This document shows positions 61,513 to 64,000 of a stretch of 64,000 nucleotides of DNA, piece by piece (the first letter of the stretch is position 1; each line of letters begins with the position of its first letter). The notes beneath the pieces were generated by a model. It ran no database searches. It had not been told where the DNA came from and saw nothing but the letters and a program-made list of their open reading frames with translations. Source of the DNA: a virus; IMG/VR virus record IMGVR_UViG_3300029305_006219. One strand, written 5' to 3'. The translations under genes and the position numbers were made by a program.

Positions 61513-62163
61513 TTAATCAGCCTACCATTTCCAAATGAAACCATAAGCAGATTTTCTAATTCCATTTGCACACTCTCGAATGTGCGTTGAAATACCTTTT
61601 ACTTTCACTGAAGATGTTAAATTATTATCTATTAAATACTGAGAAGCATCTGTTAAAGAAGAAAAACTTTGAATATATTCATTAGTTTTTTTATCAAACA
61701 TTTTTACAGCTTTGCTAAACAACTCTTTATTAATTGTTTGAGCAGTTTTTAATACGCCTCCTCGTTGATGAATAACAATATATACGCTATCTACTGAAAT
61801 ATTTAATTTTTTTGCCACTTCTGTTGCATTTTGCAAAACTTCATAAGTGGAATAGATTAAATCATAATCTAAATAACGTTTTCCATCTCCTCCTAAAGTA
61901 GCATTATAACCATTTTTAAATGATTGTTTTTTCTCAATCCAAAAGATTTCTCTTTCAGAAGGATTATCTGTTTCTTCAAGCAATTCTATATGAAAATGTT
62001 CAATTCCATATTTGTTTATTGCTCGATATAAAGGACGATCCTTGCATCTTTCCTTTTGATAATCACTACAATGCTCTTTCCAACGTTTTTCTATAGACTT
62101 TTCTGTTTTACCAATGTATATTTTACCATTTATATCATTGGTAATTTGATAAATGTATGCCAT
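61513..62163 (-). CDS. GIY-YIG homing endonuclease (HE6) in the tRNA cluster, 1 in-frame TAG near the C-terminus
   Basis: MAYIYQITNDINGKIYIGKT...R..H...NGYNATLGGDG...; C-terminal CANGIRKSAYGFIWKW[TAG]AI then TAA. RBS AAAGGAG. Confidence 0.75.
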
Positions 62164-62244
62164 ATTTAAATAGCTCCTTTTTATACTTATTATCAACTTT
62201 TAGCTTAACCCATCGCACACCACGTGGAGGTAGTTGATTAAGTG

Positions 62245-62316
62245 CGACCTGGGGTGGCTGGATTTGAACCAGCGGGTGTCAGAGTCAAAGTCTGATGCCT
62301 TGCCACTTGGCTACAC
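62245..62316 (-). tRNA. tRNA-Gln (UUG)
   Basis: UGGGGUG...anticodon loop CUUUGAC...GCUGGUUCAAAUCCAGC CACCCCA G. U1-A72 and G73. CCA is not encoded. Confidence 0.8.
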
Positions 62317-62561
62317 CCCAATAATATCTTAATTACATTAACTAATAGGAGTGATTTGCACTATTCCAAAGGCGATTACTCAACCTTCCTCCTTTAATCT
62401 TGTACAAGATTTGTGAACAACCTAAGTTACCGTTTCACTACGGAGTTAATGTTATTACGATTAGCGACCCCTTTCGGGCAATTTTGAATCGAGAATTTGT
62501 TGATGGAAACTCAGGTCAGGAGTTTATATTGCATCGCTTTATTTCTTACATATATATTATA

Positions 62562-63003
62562 TCATAAATTTTTTAGAAAATCAATTAATCGATAATTTTC
62601 TACCAAATTTATCCCTTTAGTTTGATTATTTTTTGGAGGATCTTGTCTAAAAGTAATTACTTTTTTAGTACCAATTTCTTCAATTGGCAGAATAAGAATT
62701 TCATTCCATTCTACGATATAAAAACAAAAATAATCTATGTCATTCTCGTAAGTGCTATAATGTTTATTGGTAGTATGGTTTGTACTGCTTGCACAAGGAC
62801 AGGCAATAGAATTATTTTCAGTAATTTGTTGATTACAATACTTTACTTGAATACGATTTAATTTTCCATTAAACTCTGCTATCAAATCATAACGAGCATT
62901 ATCTCCAAAAGGGATTGCTACCTAAATGTTATTTTTAACAAATTCAGCAAGTACAACTGCCTCACCAATATTGCCTTTATCTTTACTATTCATATTACTC
63001 CTT
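62562..63003 (-). CDS. PD-(D/E)xK (Hjc/endonuclease-like) nuclease, 1 in-frame TAG
   Basis: MNSKDKGNIGEAVVLAEFVKNNI[TAG]VAIPFGDNARYDLIAEFNGKLNRIQVKY continues into ORF 62562..62885. TAG at 62932-34. RBS AGAAGGAG. It is immediately adjacent to the interrupted tRNA-Lys. Confidence 0.45.
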
Positions 63004-63007
63004 CTTA

Positions 63008-63161
63008 TGGTGAGCCAAGCGAGATTCGAACTCGCGACCCCGTGATTAATGGTGCTTGAGGTTAGATTCGAACTAACAACCTAAAGCCGACTAAGCCCCA
63101 GACTTTACCAATTAAACATACTCAAACAAGTCACGTGCTCTTCCATCTGAGCTACTGGCTC
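63008..63161 (-). tRNA. tRNA-Lys (UUU) interrupted by a 78-nt insertion in the anticodon loop
   Basis: Exon parts GAGCCAG UA GCUC AGAUGGAA GAGC A CGUGA CUU | 78-nt insert | UUAA UCACG GGGUC GCGAGUUCGAAUCUCGC UUGGCUC A CCA. After removal of the insert the sequence closely resembles E. coli tRNA-Lys and the loop reads CUUUUAA. Confidence 0.6.
63050..63127 (-). other. tRNA-like insertion element (acceptor/T-arm minihelix with encoded CCA) inside the tRNA-Lys anticodon loop
   Basis: GUUUGAG...GUUAG UUCGAAU CUAAC CUCAAGC A CCA. The 7-bp acceptor pairing and T-arm are perfect. No canonical anticodon arm could be folded. Confidence 0.45.
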
Positions 63162-63169
63162 ATATAATT

Positions 63170-64000
63170 ATTTACTTAGTTAGCTTTTTGAATAGCTCTA
63201 TATTTTCGCTTGAGTTTATTGATTATATTTCCATTAGCGGCATCGCGCTAAAGAATACTAATACGATTAAGTATTGCAAGTTCTCTATTTATCATTTTGC
63301 TTTATTTCCTTTCTTATCTTTATTACATAAATATTATATCATATTTTTTAATAAAAATCAATGAAAACCTTTGGAGTTTGCTTTTGCCTAATGGTGGTTA
63401 GGACAAAAGCTCTCTGCAACTCATTTTTCTTTGCTACGAGTAAACACAATAGATTGATAGGTTTTTACTAAGCTACCTTCAAACTTAATGGTGGAGAATA
63501 TGAGTAACGATCTCATCTGAACTTCTGCTTGCAAAGCAGACGACCACTCCATGCAGTCCCATTCCCCATAGGAAAGAGAGGGAGAGTTTTTATATCCAAC
63601 AAGAGAATCACTCTCCAAACTCTGATGTTTTACGAGGCGCCGAGTAATGCTTGTTGGCAGCATCAAGGCGTTGATTTAAAATGGCAGAAAATGTCGGTGC
63701 TGCCCCGCTACTCCGCATCCCAAATGCGGTGTGTTACTGTTACACTACATTCTCTATATTCCAGCTTTTAGATGCGGGAAGCTGGGCCCGCGCCTTTCAT
63801 AGCCTTGTTGGATAAACCTGCGCTATTACTAAGCTATCTTTATAAATCTCGCACTTCATCTTGGAGGCGAAACTCCAGCGGATGTTTGGCCCACCGCTGC
63901 CTTTCGGATATAAGTCTCACCGAGTATAACCAGCACTGTTTATATAGCGTCTGCCGCCTCGCTCTCTACTCTCTCTGTTGATTAGGTGAGAGGAATATCC
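63170..64000. ncRNA. GC-rich non-coding block at the window end; candidate structured RNA
   Basis: No convincing ORF, high GC relative to the phage genes, and contiguous with the tRNA cluster. ORFs 63421..63666 and 63529..63981 look spurious. Confidence 0.2.

Noticed and set aside
63050-63127. Interpreting the 78-nt insert as a complete second tRNA, or the locus as two tandem tRNAs
   Set aside because: Only 14 nt separate the insert's CCA from the downstream T-arm, so a second complete tRNA cannot fit. The insert has acceptor and T arms but no anticodon arm that folds (best attempt needs three G.U pairs and a non-U33). The outer tRNA-Lys parts pair perfectly only across the insert.
59990-64000. 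tmRNA, RNase P RNA or group II intron in the GC-rich blocks of the tRNA cluster
   Set aside because: I could not find a tmRNA tag ORF (ending ...LAA*), RNase P conserved GGAAAGTCCGG-type regions, or a group II domain V motif by eye. The blocks are left as unassigned candidate ncRNA.
1-64000. CRISPR arrays, integrase or transposase genes, attachment sites
   Set aside because: No direct-repeat/spacer arrays, no tyrosine or serine recombinase or transposase-like ORFs were seen. The tRNA cluster lacks an adjacent integrase, which is consistent with a virulent phage rather than a prophage fragment.

Overview
This window reads as one arm of a large, AT-rich, virulent-type phage genome. Nearly all genes are on the minus strand, and its RBS (AAAGGAGG) and promoters (TTGATT-N17-TGnTATAAT) look like those of a low-GC Gram-positive (Firmicutes) host. 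The central observation is that TAG (amber) is not a stop codon here. At least 15 genes carry in-frame TAG codons (about 35 sites) and stay in frame across conserved protein domains. No gene I checked ends in TAG; all use TAA or TGA. A tRNA-Gln-like suppressor with anticodon CUA lies at about 41063-41137. A GIY-YIG paralog has a genomically encoded CAA Gln exactly where two other paralogs have TAG (YIG-Q-S versus YIG-TAG-S), which points to TAG=Gln (genetic code 15). The standard-code ORF track therefore splits many real genes: nrdD, ruvC, recJ, the homing endonucleases, an AAA_24 ATPase, tail-fiber genes. I re-joined these by hand. Gene content: a DNA-metabolism and replication block (dut, nrdD with a LAGLIDADG intein, nrdG, nrdH, a gmk-like kinase, DnaE-type Pol III alpha, Dda-like helicase, primase, DnaB-like helicase, RecJ-like exonuclease, NAD ligase, type II topoisomerase A and B subunits, RNase H, RuvC, an AAA_24/Sak4-like ATPase, an SSB-like protein, and a ThyX-like protein). 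There is a heavy load of selfish elements: six GIY-YIG endonucleases, one HNH, two LAGLIDADG, two group I introns, one intein. Further genes: an RNA-repair module (P-loop polynucleotide kinase, metallophosphoesterase, and an Rnl2-like RNA ligase with an N-terminal tRNA-binding domain), a sigma-70 family factor, an LL-H-type holin, a papain-like peptidase, and a structural block (Hint-domain protein, BspA-type LRR tail fiber, tail-fiber N-terminal anchor proteins, a flotillin/MVP-like protein). A tRNA cluster at 59.7-63.2 kb holds tRNA-Cys, tRNA-Gly, tRNA-Gln(UUG), a class-I tRNA with anticodon UAG, and a tRNA-Lys(UUU) whose anticodon loop is interrupted by a 78-nt tRNA-like insertion. These tRNAs are embedded in GC-rich non-coding blocks that may be large structured RNAs. 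Coordinates I derived by hand may be off by 1-2 nt.
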